Positions 25,446-37,098 of a DNA stretch of 64,000 bases are shown here, one piece after another. The stretch covers positions 530,962 to 594,961 of the forward strand of contig MU058482.1 in NCBI GenBank assembly GCA_013265495.1. Direction: 5' to 3'. The first letter of the stretch is position 1. Every line of letters begins with the position of its first letter. Origin of the DNA: Vicugna vicugna (lineage: Eukaryota). The notes below the pieces were generated by a model. The model did no database searches, was not told the DNA's origin, and worked only from the letters and a program-made list of their open reading frames with translations. Both the position numbers and the translations under genes were made by a program.

Positions 25446-27018
25446 TCCTGCCTCCCAACAGGTGGGGTTAGGGAGAGGGAGGGGTTGGGGCTCAGGCTGA
25501 GATTTCTTGCATAGGTAACCGAGGAAACAGACAACACAGGAGCAAAAGCAAGTTGGGGGAGGATGGGCACGGTTTTGGACTCCAGTTGGTGCTGGCAGAA
25601 AGAGCAAGTTGAAGGGGGCCGTGAAGGAGGAGCAACCATACGTCTCTCTGCGCACCCCCACCCCTCCTGAACTACGCCCTGCCTTGGAACACTCAGGGTT
25701 CTCCGTTCTGACTCCCCTGTCCCGCTCTCCAGGGACAGAGGGGAGTAGGCTGTCCTAAGCTCACAACCGGGACAACGCCTGCAGGGAGACAAGGCCCAGA
25801 GGCCTGTGGAAATCAAGGAATGTGGCTGGCAGGCCCTAGGGAGCTAGCTCTCTGGTTCTGATGAAGGGGCAGGTGTTGACGGAGAAGAGTTAGGAGCCTG
25901 GCCCTTTCCTCAGCGTGATAAACTCCAGCGTGAATCTGACCTGCTGGGCTCAGGGGGCCCGCACCCCCTCAAGTCCTGGCTACACTGTCTGTCTAATCCC
26001 ACCTGACAAGTCTGAGGCTTCCAGGTCAGCCTGCATACATTTCCATACATTTCCAGGAGTGCTGTGACCCTGAGAGGGCCTGAGATTACAGGTAAGAGTG
26101 TCAATGTGATCACGATTGGAGTCAAGTTGATGATGGGGACAGTGAGGGGTGCACAAGGAGGTCTTTGATGCTCAGCCCAGCACTCAGGTGGGAAGCCCTT
26201 GCGTCCATGGCCCCCTTAAGTTTCCGTGAGTTGGATGAGAGAGGAGCAGACCCTCTGTTCTCTGAGGGTCAGGAATAAGCATTGCTTTGTTTCTCAGAAA
26301 CATGACAATGCTTTCTTTCTCACTTTTCTGCAGACGTGGGGCCTATGAACCAGAGACGACATCAAAGGAAGCCCAAGAACCTGGGGACTTCTGGCAAGGA
26401 GGCTGGAACTAAGTGTTCTGATGACATCACAGAGGAGGAGACAAGAAAGCAATGTCTCTTTCTTCCCACTCCTCCAACCCCCTCAGCACAGGGGCTCCTC
26501 AAACCCAGGGGACACTCCCTCCTTGGAGACTCGTCTTTATCCAGACACCTTTCCAGCCTCCTCTCACCTCTGGGCTGTCCTTGGTCTGAGGCAAGAAGAA
26601 TCCGTGCCGCAGCCCTGCTGCCTTCCAGCTCCTGTCCTTCCCGGCGGCTGTCAGACAGCTGTGGCTGAGCCTGTCCCTCTGGGCCCTCTGCATTTTTACC
26701 AGAAGGATTAACCAGGCCAGGGATAACTGGGAAGAGTCTCAGCCAAGGACCAGTTGGATCTCTTGTTCTGTAAGTGTTACAGCTCACGGACTGGGTGAGG
26801 CTGAGGCCCTAAGGTAGACCAAGGGAGAGGAGGGGAATGGCTAAAGGTGGCTGACCAGTTGTGCCAGTGTCCCCCCTCTTTGAAGCATGAGGACTTGGGC
26901 CAGATGACCTCTGGGACAGTCCAGTTTCCTGGTAGAGGGGAAGGCACATGGGGAAGGCTGGGGGCACACTGTAGGCCCACCTCTGCCTCCAACCACCTTC
27001 ATTCTACCAGCAGGAGGA

Positions 27019-27480
27019 ATGGCGCTTCCTGTGACCCAACTCCTGTTCCTCCAGCTTGTTCTAGCGCCAACCTGGGTTGAAAACATCGAGCTCCAGGTGG
27101 CCACTGAGAACTTCCGCACCTTACACATCGACTATCCCAGGGCTAACTACGCAAAAGGCTTCCACGGCTACTGTAACGGTCTGATGGCCTACGTGCGGGG
27201 CAGGCAACAGACCTGGCACTGCCCAAAGGTCCACTATGTGTTACATGCCCCTTGGAAAGCCATCGGGAAGCTCTGCAAGTACAGCGAGAGCTTCTGTGAG
27301 AATTACAATGAATACTGCACTCTCACCCAGGACTCCTTCCCCCTCACCGTCTGCAAACTAAACAAGGGAGACACGCCCACCAGCTGCCACTACAACGGCA
27401 CTCTGACCAACCAGAGGCTCTATCTGCTCTGCTCCCAGCAGTACGATGCTGAGCCGATGGATATCATTGGCCTCTACTAG
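27019..27480 (+). CDS. RNASE13: Ribonuclease-like protein 13 (non-canonical, probably inactive), 153 aa
   Basis: Signal peptide plus IDYPR..GYCNGLM..HYVLHAPWKAI..FCENYNEYCTLTQDS..TLTNQRLYLLCS, matching recalled RNASE13. Acceptor ctaccag at 27010 just before the ATG. Confidence 0.95.
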   Translation: MALPVTQLLFLQLVLAPTWVENIELQVATENFRTLHIDYPRANYAKGFHGYCNGLMAYVRGRQQTWHCPKVHYVLHAPWKAIGKLCKYSESFCENYNEYCTLTQDSFPLTVCKLNKGDTPTSCHYNGTLTNQRLYLLCSQQYDAEPMDIIGLY

Positions 27481-28328
27481 GCAAGGGAGGCTTTCAGTCT
27501 GAACCACCCGCTACCACCACTGCAGACCAGCCTGTCTCCACTCCCAAAGCTCCGATCCCTGGTACCAGGCTTCCTCTCTGGCTTCCAAGGTAGGCAGGGC
27601 CCCTCCCAAGAGACTAAGGGACGTAGGAAAAATGTCCAGAGCTTTGGTCACTGTGCAAAGTTGTATTGTCCTCTAGGCTCTTTCTAACTTGTTTACCTCC
27701 CCACCCCCACCCATCCCTACCCCCATCCTCCCTCTCCCACAGACAGTTTTACCCACCCAAGAAGCTGACTGTGTCCAGTTGGCAGTGACTGTCCATCTAC
27801 TGGGCCAGATCCTGAATCCTGGATGGAGGCCCAGAGCCTCGGCTCACACCATGGCAACAGGCACCAGTTCTGTCTCAAATCCCCATCCCTACCAGCCTTC
27901 CCTTCTCAATCCTCCCCATTTCCCTAATGAGTCCCTCCACCCACTCACGCACATGGTGGGTACCTCTAGCTATAGGAGCCTCCCTGAGCGTATTATACTC
28001 ATATTAGCTTCATTTCTCCATGGGCCCCCTCTGTTCTCAGTCTGCTCCTCTCGATGGAATCATTGATTTCCTCTTCGCGGAATACATCTTTTCTGCTCTG
28101 GAGAGTGCAGTCTCTCCCCCACACTCCCAACCTCTTTCATCGCCTTGTATTCTTTTCCTTCCATCCTTCTCACCTTGGCTTACTGGAGCTTCACGTTATC
28201 TTCCTGCATCCCTTTCCTTCCCAAAGCTCCTCCTCACATTCCCCCAGACTCCAGGATCTGCCTCTGACAAGGCGTGGGTGAAGTGGGTCTAGCTGTAGTC
28301 ACAGAAGGTTTTAAAACCATATCTGAAT

Positions 28329-28445
28329 TATGTAAAATATAACCATGGGATGACATGGGGTGAAGGGTACATGGGGCCTCTCTGTACTTTTAGCATCTTC
28401 CTGGGAATCTATAGTCATTTCAAAATAAAAAGATAAAAAAAAAAA
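28329..28445 (+). mobile_element. Old LINE-1 (L1M) 3' end fragment
   Basis: gggtgaagggtacatggg..ctctctgtact..tttcaaaataaaaag followed by an A tail. Flanked by catatctgaat / cacatctgaat. Confidence 0.7.
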
Positions 28446-29122
28446 CACATCTGAATCAGTTCTGATGTCATTCCTTGTTCCTCAATGCGCCAGAACTCCT
28501 ATTCTCAGAGTCCTGGAGGTGACCCACCTCTGGCCATTTCCTGGGCCACCCTTCACAGGCAGTAGGATCTTCTGTTCCATGTCTACCACGATGGGGGTGG
28601 GGTGGGTAAAACTCAGTTCCAGGTGGGTGTTGAAAATGGGTTATCTCTCTCCGTCAGCTGTAGAACAATCTCCTAATAGATCCTTGGTCCACCATCTCTG
28701 GCTTCTATTTCTTCCCCAACAAAACATGGATTGCAACAGATGAGGAAGGTGGAGGGACAAGGGAGGGTCGAGTTGCTAGTATCTGGGTCCTGCTATGTCA
28801 AATCAGCAATTGCTCCTCCCCTTGGGGAGGTAGGGGGAGATGGATACTGGTAACGTGTGAATGTAAGTAGCAAATACTTTTGCCTCCATATAGGGTTGAT
28901 CTCTTATCTCTGAATATACTCCTTGGCCATGTTCTTAGAAGCAGTTGTTGAGGGCGATGCTCCCTAATGATGGGAAGGCACGGGGCCAGGTAGAGTAAAG
29001 CGTAGTGCTGGGAACCCCTACCCTCGGGTTTCTCGGCTCCTCTCTCTGTCTCTACCGCAAGGGCCCCACCGTCCCTCCCCCTGTTATAAGACAGAACTCA
29101 TGGGCTGCTGCACACACAGATG

Positions 29123-29128
29123 TTTATT
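29123..29128 (-). terminator. TPPP2: TPPP2 polyadenylation signal
   Basis: AATAAA on the minus strand ~70 nt after the stop codon. Confidence 0.75.
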
Positions 29129-29194
29129 GCTCCCCAAGCTCCCTGGTGTTAAAGATGCAGGGTCAAGGCTGCCAGGCCCACACGAGGCTACTCC

Positions 29195-30738
29195 CTAGCG
29201 GCTGCCCTTCTTATCATAGGTGCCAGCACCCTTGTAGCCACTCACATAGCCTGAGCTGTCAGTCATGTCTTCCCGGCCCGCGATGCCCTTGCCCTTGCCG
29301 CTCTCGTCAAAGCGCTCCTTGTGGGTGCCTGTGTACTTGCTGGTGTCCGTCAGCCGGCTCACCCCTCCCACTGTCGTTGCTTTCTGCAAGCCGGAAGGTA
29401 AGTCTGATCCTTCTCCCTTTCCCCCCACGACCACGCCCCTTCTCTAAGGAGGGCCTTTGATTCCACTAGTTCTCCCAGCCCTTGTACAGCCCTTGGCATC
29501 GTGCCGCTTGCTTAGGGCCCAGATGTAGCTGTGGCAGCAGCTACGATGAGAACCATCCCCTTTAGGAGGAGGAGTCTGGTGTATGGGAACGAGTAGGGTG
29601 TGTGTGTGTGTGTATCTTTCTGCTTCCAGAGGGGCTGTTTTGACTAGGCTGTAGCTGGAGGACTTCAACGGCCGACCTAAAATGCGAAGTCTGTCCTACT
29701 GGGAAGGCCCTATTGAAAACCTGGAGTAGAAAGAGCTTTTAGTAGAGAGGGGACAAATAAAGAACAGAGGGTGGATGAGAGGCAGGAAGTCAGATATTAG
29801 ACCTCATATAAGAGCAGGAAGAGGAGAGGGGATCAGGTGCCAAGTCCTCTGCACTCAGTGTCCCCCCAAAACCACCAGGCTCCAGTTGCCTGACTCAGAT
29901 ACTGGACACTTCAAAATGAGTCTAAGTTTTACTATGAAAAGAGCTGTGGACCTTGGGTTAGTCACTTCCTCTCATGATTTCCTCACCTCTGAAATGACTA
30001 GATGATCTCTAAAGTCTGTTTCAATACCAACAGTGCCCAGAAGCTCTCTGCCCTGTCTTCCTACAGTGGCACTGTTGGCAAGGGTGAGGGACATCGGCAA
30101 GAGAGAAGCAGCAGGGACTCAGGGAACTAGGGTCCCGGGTGAGGAATGAAGAATGTTACTCACAGTAACACCGGTGGTAGCTGGGTCCTTGCCCTCCATG
30201 AGTCTATAAATGTTCTCCAGGGCTTCATCCGGGCTCTTTCCCTTGAACCGCTTCTGGCCCAATTCCTTCATTGCCTCCTGGAACTGCTGGAATGTGATGG
30301 TTCGGGCATTCTTGGCCCTGGTCAGTCAGACAGAAATCCAGGAATTCTGGAACATGAACTCATCACCTTCTAAGGTCTAACCCTCCCCTTACTCAGACAG
30401 GGCTTCTTGACTCTGAGTGTCTTAAGAACAGGGAATCGCACAGTGCTGGGCACCCAGCAGGTGCTCAGGAGACCTGTCACCAATGCTCTCCCACATAAAC
30501 CCTTCCAAGTCCCACTACCTTGTTTGTTCTACTCCACACTCCTACTCCCGTCTTTGGTCCCTTACTTGACTTTGCTGAACACGATGTCCACATCAGTGGA
30601 GGTGACCGTCTTGCCGTCCATGATGCCACAGTCTTTGCACAGCTTGGAGAAGTTCTTGTTGTTCATTTCAGTGCCACTGCTTGACGATTCTCCAAAGATG
30701 GCAAACCGCTGGAAGGTTCCTTCTGCTTCTGATGCCAT
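29195..30738 (-). CDS. TPPP2: Tubulin polymerization-promoting protein family member 2 (p25-beta), 171 aa
   Basis: Coding exons 30738-30566, 30317-30164 and 29383-29195, all GT-AG and in frame: [17 protein letters not shown]...[12 protein letters not shown]...[28 protein letters not shown]...YDKKGSR*. Likely 5' UTR exon ends at a donor near 31203. Confidence 0.96.
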
Positions 30739-33700
30739 GGTCAGCCGGGGGTTGGGGAGGACAGTAGGGGGGGAGACTTGGGGGTGAGGGAGGAGGGGAA
30801 GGGAGGACTGAAGAGTAAAAAGAATGGGGGTTAAAATAAAATCAGAATCAGCAACAGGAACAACCCCCCTTCTCCCTGTCCCTCTCTGACTTCCCTCTGA
30901 CTCCCATCCTACTTACTGTTTCCAGTACAAAGGATACTAGTGTGGATCCTACATACTGAATAATCACCACCAACAACCACTTCCCTACCTCTTTTGTGTA
31001 CCTGAGAGTGCCTGGATGGTGTCTGACCCTTCCCAGCCTTTGTTTGTAAGTGTGTGCAGATATGTGGGAGCCAGCTGGCTTGGGAGACTGGGTGGCAGTG
31101 GGGAGACAGGGGAGGAGAGGAAGATTCTATGACCTCAGCAGTGTTTATGTGACATCACCGTCAGCCCCTCATCTTTGGGGGGAGGGGTTCTTTGGTCCCT
31201 ACCTCGCATGCTGCATTGAGTGTGCTGCCAGCCTCCTGATCGCTCCAGCTGCTCAAGCTGCCCTTATGGAGGCTGCCCTACTTGACCCAGTCCTCGGGGT
31301 CATAAAATTGCCTTATGCTCAGTCCCTCAACAAAAGCTGCAAAGAGCTCAGGGAAGGAGTTAATGAAAACAGGTTGACATCAGTCCAACATCGCCCTTTT
31401 TTCTAGTCTCCAGGCCTGGGTTAATGACCAACATGGAGGATCTCACTGGCCTTGGCAGACCAAGCTCAGTAGGAACTCTAAATGGCTTCCACTGTTGGGT
31501 CCAACATGGAAAGAGCACAGGCCTTGGAGGGTCATAGATCTGGGCTGGTCAGGGGGAGGGTGAGCCTCAGACTCTGAAAATCTTCTGGCGAAGTTTCTGT
31601 TCCGTCCAAGGATATTCCTCAAGGGTTCTCTTTGGCCTTTTCCCTGGTCAGAAAACATATGGATGGATGAACTTCAGGAGCCCTAAAACAGAGCAACTAG
31701 ATCGGTGACTTCCCTCCTCTTCCCAGCTAAACGGTCACTAATTCCTATAAATGTTTTTCTCCTGTGTTATAAATCCATTCCTTTCTTTCCATTCCTGTTA
31801 CTCCCTCACTTATTCAGGTCCCTGTCATCTCACACCTAGTTGATTACCCTGGCTTCTAAATGACCTGTTTCCTAAGTCAAATTCTTCACCCTCCCCTACC
31901 TGATAACCCGTATCTATTCACCCTCCCATCAGATTAATTCTCACGAAACGATTTTTTATTCAACGTTCCCGCTCAAAAACACTCATGGATCTTTAGTGCC
32001 AAAACTTTTTGCCTGTCATTCAAGGACCTTTACATTTGGCTCCAATCTACCTTACCAAACACCACCCATTTTGAATCAATATTACTTTTCATCTGGCCAA
32101 AATAGCCTAATCACTCTACGCTTCAGAGGCGAACTGGAGCCTAGCAGAAAGAGAATAACCTTGGAGTGGAATAAATTTGGGTGGGGATTTAAGTCCTAAA
32201 TAATGTCATTTACTAGCTGTGTGGCCTTGGGCAAATCATTAAACATCTCTGAGCTTCAATTTCCTCATATGCACAGTGAGGACAATAAAACTTACTTTAT
32301 AATACTAGAGGATAATATATGGGAATTACCTTGCACACAATAGCTGTAATTCAGTTCTTCAAAGTAACTTGTGTATTTCTTTCCCCAAACCTTCCCTCAT
32401 GATCTCTCTCTGCCTGGATAGAATGCCCCTTCTTCCCACTCAAATACTCCATTGTTTTATTCCTCTTAGGGTGGTTTATCCTAGAAACAAAACCCATTTC
32501 CTTCTCTGAATTATACTAAGATAATGGTTCCTAGCCTATGGGCTGCAGCCTCCTGGGGCGAGGGTTTCTGAAAGATTGCAACAGCCTCTGGACAGCTGTA
32601 TACACACAGACGATTGGCCATAGACTGAGTGAATAAGAAGCTTTGCACTTGTAGGCATTACTGTATACACAGATGTGATTATCAGAAAACTGTACACACT
32701 TATTTGAAAGTATGGCTGAACTCATGGTTTGTCCCCATCAGGAGATACTAAAACCATCATATGGAAATGGACGTCTGACCTCCCACTTGAGAAGAGTGGG
32801 AAACCATTGCTATAGGACTGTTGTCTAAACAATTAATCTTCTATACACATTATTCTTCTTCACTTTTTCTGTCTTTGCATCTTCTCTCAACTACTCCATC
32901 CTAAGCTTCTGGGGAGAGTAGGACTAGGTTTCACACTTCTTTGAACTCCGTCTATACAGAGGTTTGCACAGAGCAGGTACTTAAAGCCATTGCTTACTGG
33001 AAGGCATAGTTTGAAGCTGCTTCTGGCCCAGAGAAGGAAGTTAGAGAGTTAGATTCGTCTTGTTGGGGCACTGACACCTGGGCCCGACTGAGACCTGCCC
33101 TGACAGGGGAGGAGAAACCCCATCTTAGAGCAGAAGCAGCTGCATTACTGACTGTGGCAGGCTGAGACCCCTAGTCCTAGGAAGCAAACAGATCCCAGTG
33201 GAAATTTCCCACCTCCTGGCCGCCTCACACCCCTGAGTAGGCCCCTTATCAGGTTCCCCCTGAGTCATCCTGACCCAGAGACGAATTTAGATGCTGGAAC
33301 CTCCAGGTCCTTCCCTCCCCCACTCCAAGTAAGACTACTTTAAACACATCAGAGGAGGCTGCAGGCAGACGTTCTCACACTAGGCTCTCTTTCTCCCCCA
33401 GTTCCAGTAAGGCTGGGGGAGATCTCTCTCCTGTCCTATGCATCTCTACCTAGGTTCCTAATTCCAGCAGGCTTTTCCTTGTCCTGGAGAGTGTTAAACT
33501 GGCATCCAGAGGGGAAAGAGGACTAGGCGAGGAGCCAGGGTGCCCAGCTTTGGGGTAAATAGTTATGAAGGGAGTGGGGGAAGGGAACAGAGGAAAACTT
33601 AGATGCTCCAAATTGGGGGATGTAGGGGAGTCCTTTAGATTTGGGGTTGTTGAAAGCTGGATTTGATCCTGACTAGCTCTACTCCCGGTCACCTCCTCCC

Positions 33701-34479
33701 TCTTGGCTCCTCCTTTCCAATAGACCCTGCCAAGTGGGGATGAAAGGGGCATTGATGTTCCTTGGATGAGAGGGGATGTGGGTGGTTAGGGGGGTGGTGG
33801 GTGGTGGTTCCCAGGCAGGAGGAGGAAGGCAATTTGGGGGTCTTGGGGGGGCAGTCTGAGCTGGTGTTGCAATTGGCAGCTCCAGTTCCATTGGCCATTG
33901 TTCCCAACTGGCCTGGCGCCCAGCCCCCAAATGGCAACTCAGGAACCAGGCCGAAGGAGGATGGATGGGGCGGGGACCCTGGGGGGAGGGGAGCTGGAAG
34001 GGTTGCAGGTGGAGAGGAATTCACTCTGGTTTCCTTTTGTCTAAGACAACTGTAAATCCCCGTAGCCACGTAACTATCCCATTCCAGGTGGCTTTCCTCT
34101 TAGGGGCACAGGGAGGGTGCAACTAGGTGGAGGGAGGACAGGATGAGTGAGGAGTCTAGGGCATCAAACCCGGGCCCTGAGGGAGAACCAGCAGTCCCTG
34201 AGAAACCATCGCCTGGGCAATGCGATTCAGCCCGGCCGAGCTGGTCTCACCCTCCTTCTCTGGGCCAGACTAGAAGGGGTTAGCACTGAAGCCACAGGGT
34301 CTCTTGGGTCCCAGCCCGGGACACTGCGTCCTCCCCAAGCCCCTACTCCACCTCCACAAAGTTAACTCCACCCCTGCGCCTGTTTACCCAAGAGTCAGAA
34401 CTCCTGGGGGTCCCTGGCTCCTCCTCCGCCCTCCCCTTGGGGCCTTGACCCGGGAGTCCTCGTTGGCCATCCTCTCCCC

Positions 34480-35790
34480 CTCCCGCGATCTTCCTCTATT
34501 TATAGCGGCCCCCTGCATTCCCCACCCCCCTCCCCGCCTTGTTTTCCAACTTCTCAGGGAGCAGCCGGAGCGCAGGCGTCGGGACACAGCAGAGAGAGGA
34601 GGTACCAGGACCCTGAGCGCCCCGGAGTTGGAACTTCCTGCGCCCTCGAGGTCCCCCCCACCAAGTTCGTGCAGGCACACCTTCCCCTCCCGGCGGGAGA
34701 GACCCCTGCCTCCTCAGCAGCGATCTTTCCTTAACCTAGTTCTCTGTTTCTGTCTGGGCGGAGTCGAATTCGTGGGGTGCCAGCACCCGGGATTCATCTC
34801 CCTTCTACCCGTTCCCACCACTGTGTCTGGAGGCGAAGGAAGGGGCCAAAGCGCGACAGGCAGAGCCAGGTCACGGGTGGGGGCGGGGTCGAGAGCGGGC
34901 GTGGGGATCCCCCGCAGGACTAAGGGATCCCCGCACGCCCCACAGCCGCCCCGTTGCGGGGGAGGGGGAATGTTGTGGGGAGCGTGGGCAGAACCTGGAA
35001 GCACCCAGCAGTTGGCTTTCTTCAGAGTGCCCCTCCGGCCCCCAGCACAGCCCCTCCCGGAGCCGCAGGCAGCCTGGGCGCGGTGAAGGGGGGCGTGTTT
35101 ACAGGGGGTCCGGGGCGGGCCCGCTGGGAGCCGGCCGGCCGTGGGCGGGGAGGGGCGGGCCGGGGGCGGGCCTGTGGGGAGCCCGGGCCGGGGCGGGCCG
35201 GAGAGTCAAAGGCAAGTGAAGGTGGAAGAGGCCGACGTGGGCGGGCTGGGGCGGGGCGGGGGCGGGCCTGTGGGGAGCCCGGGCCGGGGCGGGCCGGAGA
35301 GTCAAAGGCAAGTGAAGGTGGAAGAGGCCGCCGCGGCAGCAGGTAGGGGGAAGGGCGGGCGAGGGGCTAGGACCCTGGATGGCGCCAGCCGGGCCGGGGG
35401 GCGGTTTGATCCCCAGCGCTCGGAGTCGACGGCTTGAGGGAAGGGGCCCGCAAGGAGGGGCGCTGGGCTGCTGCGCACAAAGGCGGAGGCTCCGCGGGCT
35501 GCAGGGCGTGTTTGGGGCGTGCGTGAGGTGGTGTCCAGGGTCCAGGGCGCTCGGCGCTCGGCGCCCGCCTCGCGAGCGTGTCAGCCCTCACGCGGACGCG
35601 CAGCGAAGGGACTCGTAGGTTCAGATCCCGGGGGCTGGGCCCAGCCAGTCCCATCTGTCCTACCCATCCCTTCCCAGCTGGCACTTGACCCTTGCGGGTC
35701 GTCGGGGGAGGCTGGGAGGAGATTGTGGGACCGCCCCTCACCCTCCTTCTCCACTCTCGGGGACCCACACCGAGACTGGGTGGAGAAGAG
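34480..35790 (+). promoter_or_regulatory. NDRG2: NDRG2 CpG island and promoters
   Basis: CpG-dense, with many GGGCGG boxes and a TATA-like tatttata at ~34497. Candidate alternative first-exon donors at 34602 (GAG|gtacca) and 35343 (CAG|gtaggg). Confidence 0.8.
35140..35330 (+). repeat. Tandem duplication, 96-bp period, two copies
   Basis: 35161-35234 and 35257-35330 are identical over 74 bp; the preceding ~21 bp are similar. Confidence 0.92.
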
Positions 35791-36311
35791 AAGCAAAGGC
35801 ACGAGGCTTGAGAAAGAAAAAAAATTTAAATGGTGGAGAAAAACAATCGTGTTCTGACACCCCCATCTTACTCGAAAGCTGTCAAAAATCTTGGGGATCC
35901 TCTAGTCCCCACTTCGTTTGCAAATAAACTGAAGGCAAGAGAAGTGACAGACTGAGCCAAGGTCACGCTGGTAACGGCAGAGCTGGGACTAGAATCCGGA
36001 GGTTCTGACACAAGCCACGCTCCTTCCTCCACATCAGCACTTCCTTCTCTCCTCTCCCCCACCCCAACCGCCCCAGCCTGGACTGGTACCTGCTCTTTGT
36101 GTTGCGCCGCAGGCCCGTCCAGCTTGTATTGATTCTGATTGATGCCTAGAGAAGACTTGTTGACTGGACTCGGGGGTACATAATGGGGAGGGTTAGTGAC
36201 CTGGCAAGGATTGGTGACCCATATAGTCCAGGTTTTGGCTTAGGCTTTCTGTCCCTAAACGACCCAGGGTCTGTCTCCCATGTCATTCACCTCATTGCTT
36301 TGTTTTCTCAG

Positions 36312-36378
36312 ACCCCAGAGCCAGGAGGAGTGAGAACCCTGACCCCTAACCCCGCTGCATCCAGCCAATAGGAGCCCA
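36312..36378 (+). other. NDRG2: Probable non-coding 5' UTR exon of NDRG2
   Basis: Acceptor tgttttctcag| and donor |gtaagt lie between the CpG island and the ATG exon. Confidence 0.55.
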
Positions 36379-37098
36379 GTAAGTGACCCCACCCCCCCAG
36401 GCTGCAGGTCTGCACAGGTGCTTGGCCCCTCTCTGGCTCTGCTCAGGTTGAATACATGCTAATTTATTCACAGTCTGGAGGAAGAGTCTTGGGAGGAAGG
36501 GAAGCACTTGGTCAATTGGACACAGATGTCCCTTGTCCCTCTTATCTTGTTTCCCCTCTTCCCCCCTTGGTCCTGTTACTCAGGTCGTTTTTTTAGCCCC
36601 TTTCCCTTTGAGCTGCTGACCTTGGGGCTTTAGCTGAAGGTCACAGTTAATGGTGAACTCTCAGTACCCGTCCCTTAGTATCTTTGGAGTATTCAGTCAC
36701 TGAGCCACAAGTTTCACCCCCTAGCTAACTGGGAGTATGGGGTGGCCCCTAAAGATAGCCTGGGAAACCTGAGCCGCACTGCTGCCCCACGCTGCTATTT
36801 CCAGCGAGGATAGGGGAGAGGGGTTTGGAGGTGTGGGTGTGAAGGGGGTTTGGGTATGGCCAGTCTGAAGGGAAGTGGTGTCCTGATTCGTCTTCCACAA
36901 GCCATCCTCCCAGCGGCCTGGGCCTGGAGCTGGGGGCAGGAAAGGCTCTCTCTGTGTTTTGGAGTAGGCTTCAGCCCCTGGGGCCCTCTGCATCCAGCAT
37001 TGTCTGGTGCTGAGAGAGGAAGTCAGGTGTTCTGGGAGATGTGGGGGTGTGGAGGCAGCCTCCCCAGTCCCCGTGTTTCCTCACCCTGCCAGGCCACC

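Noticed and set aside
34304..35927. Long overlapping ORFs of up to 260 aa
   Set aside because: Stop-poor CpG island giving Pro/Gly/Arg-rich translations; this is the NDRG2 promoter.
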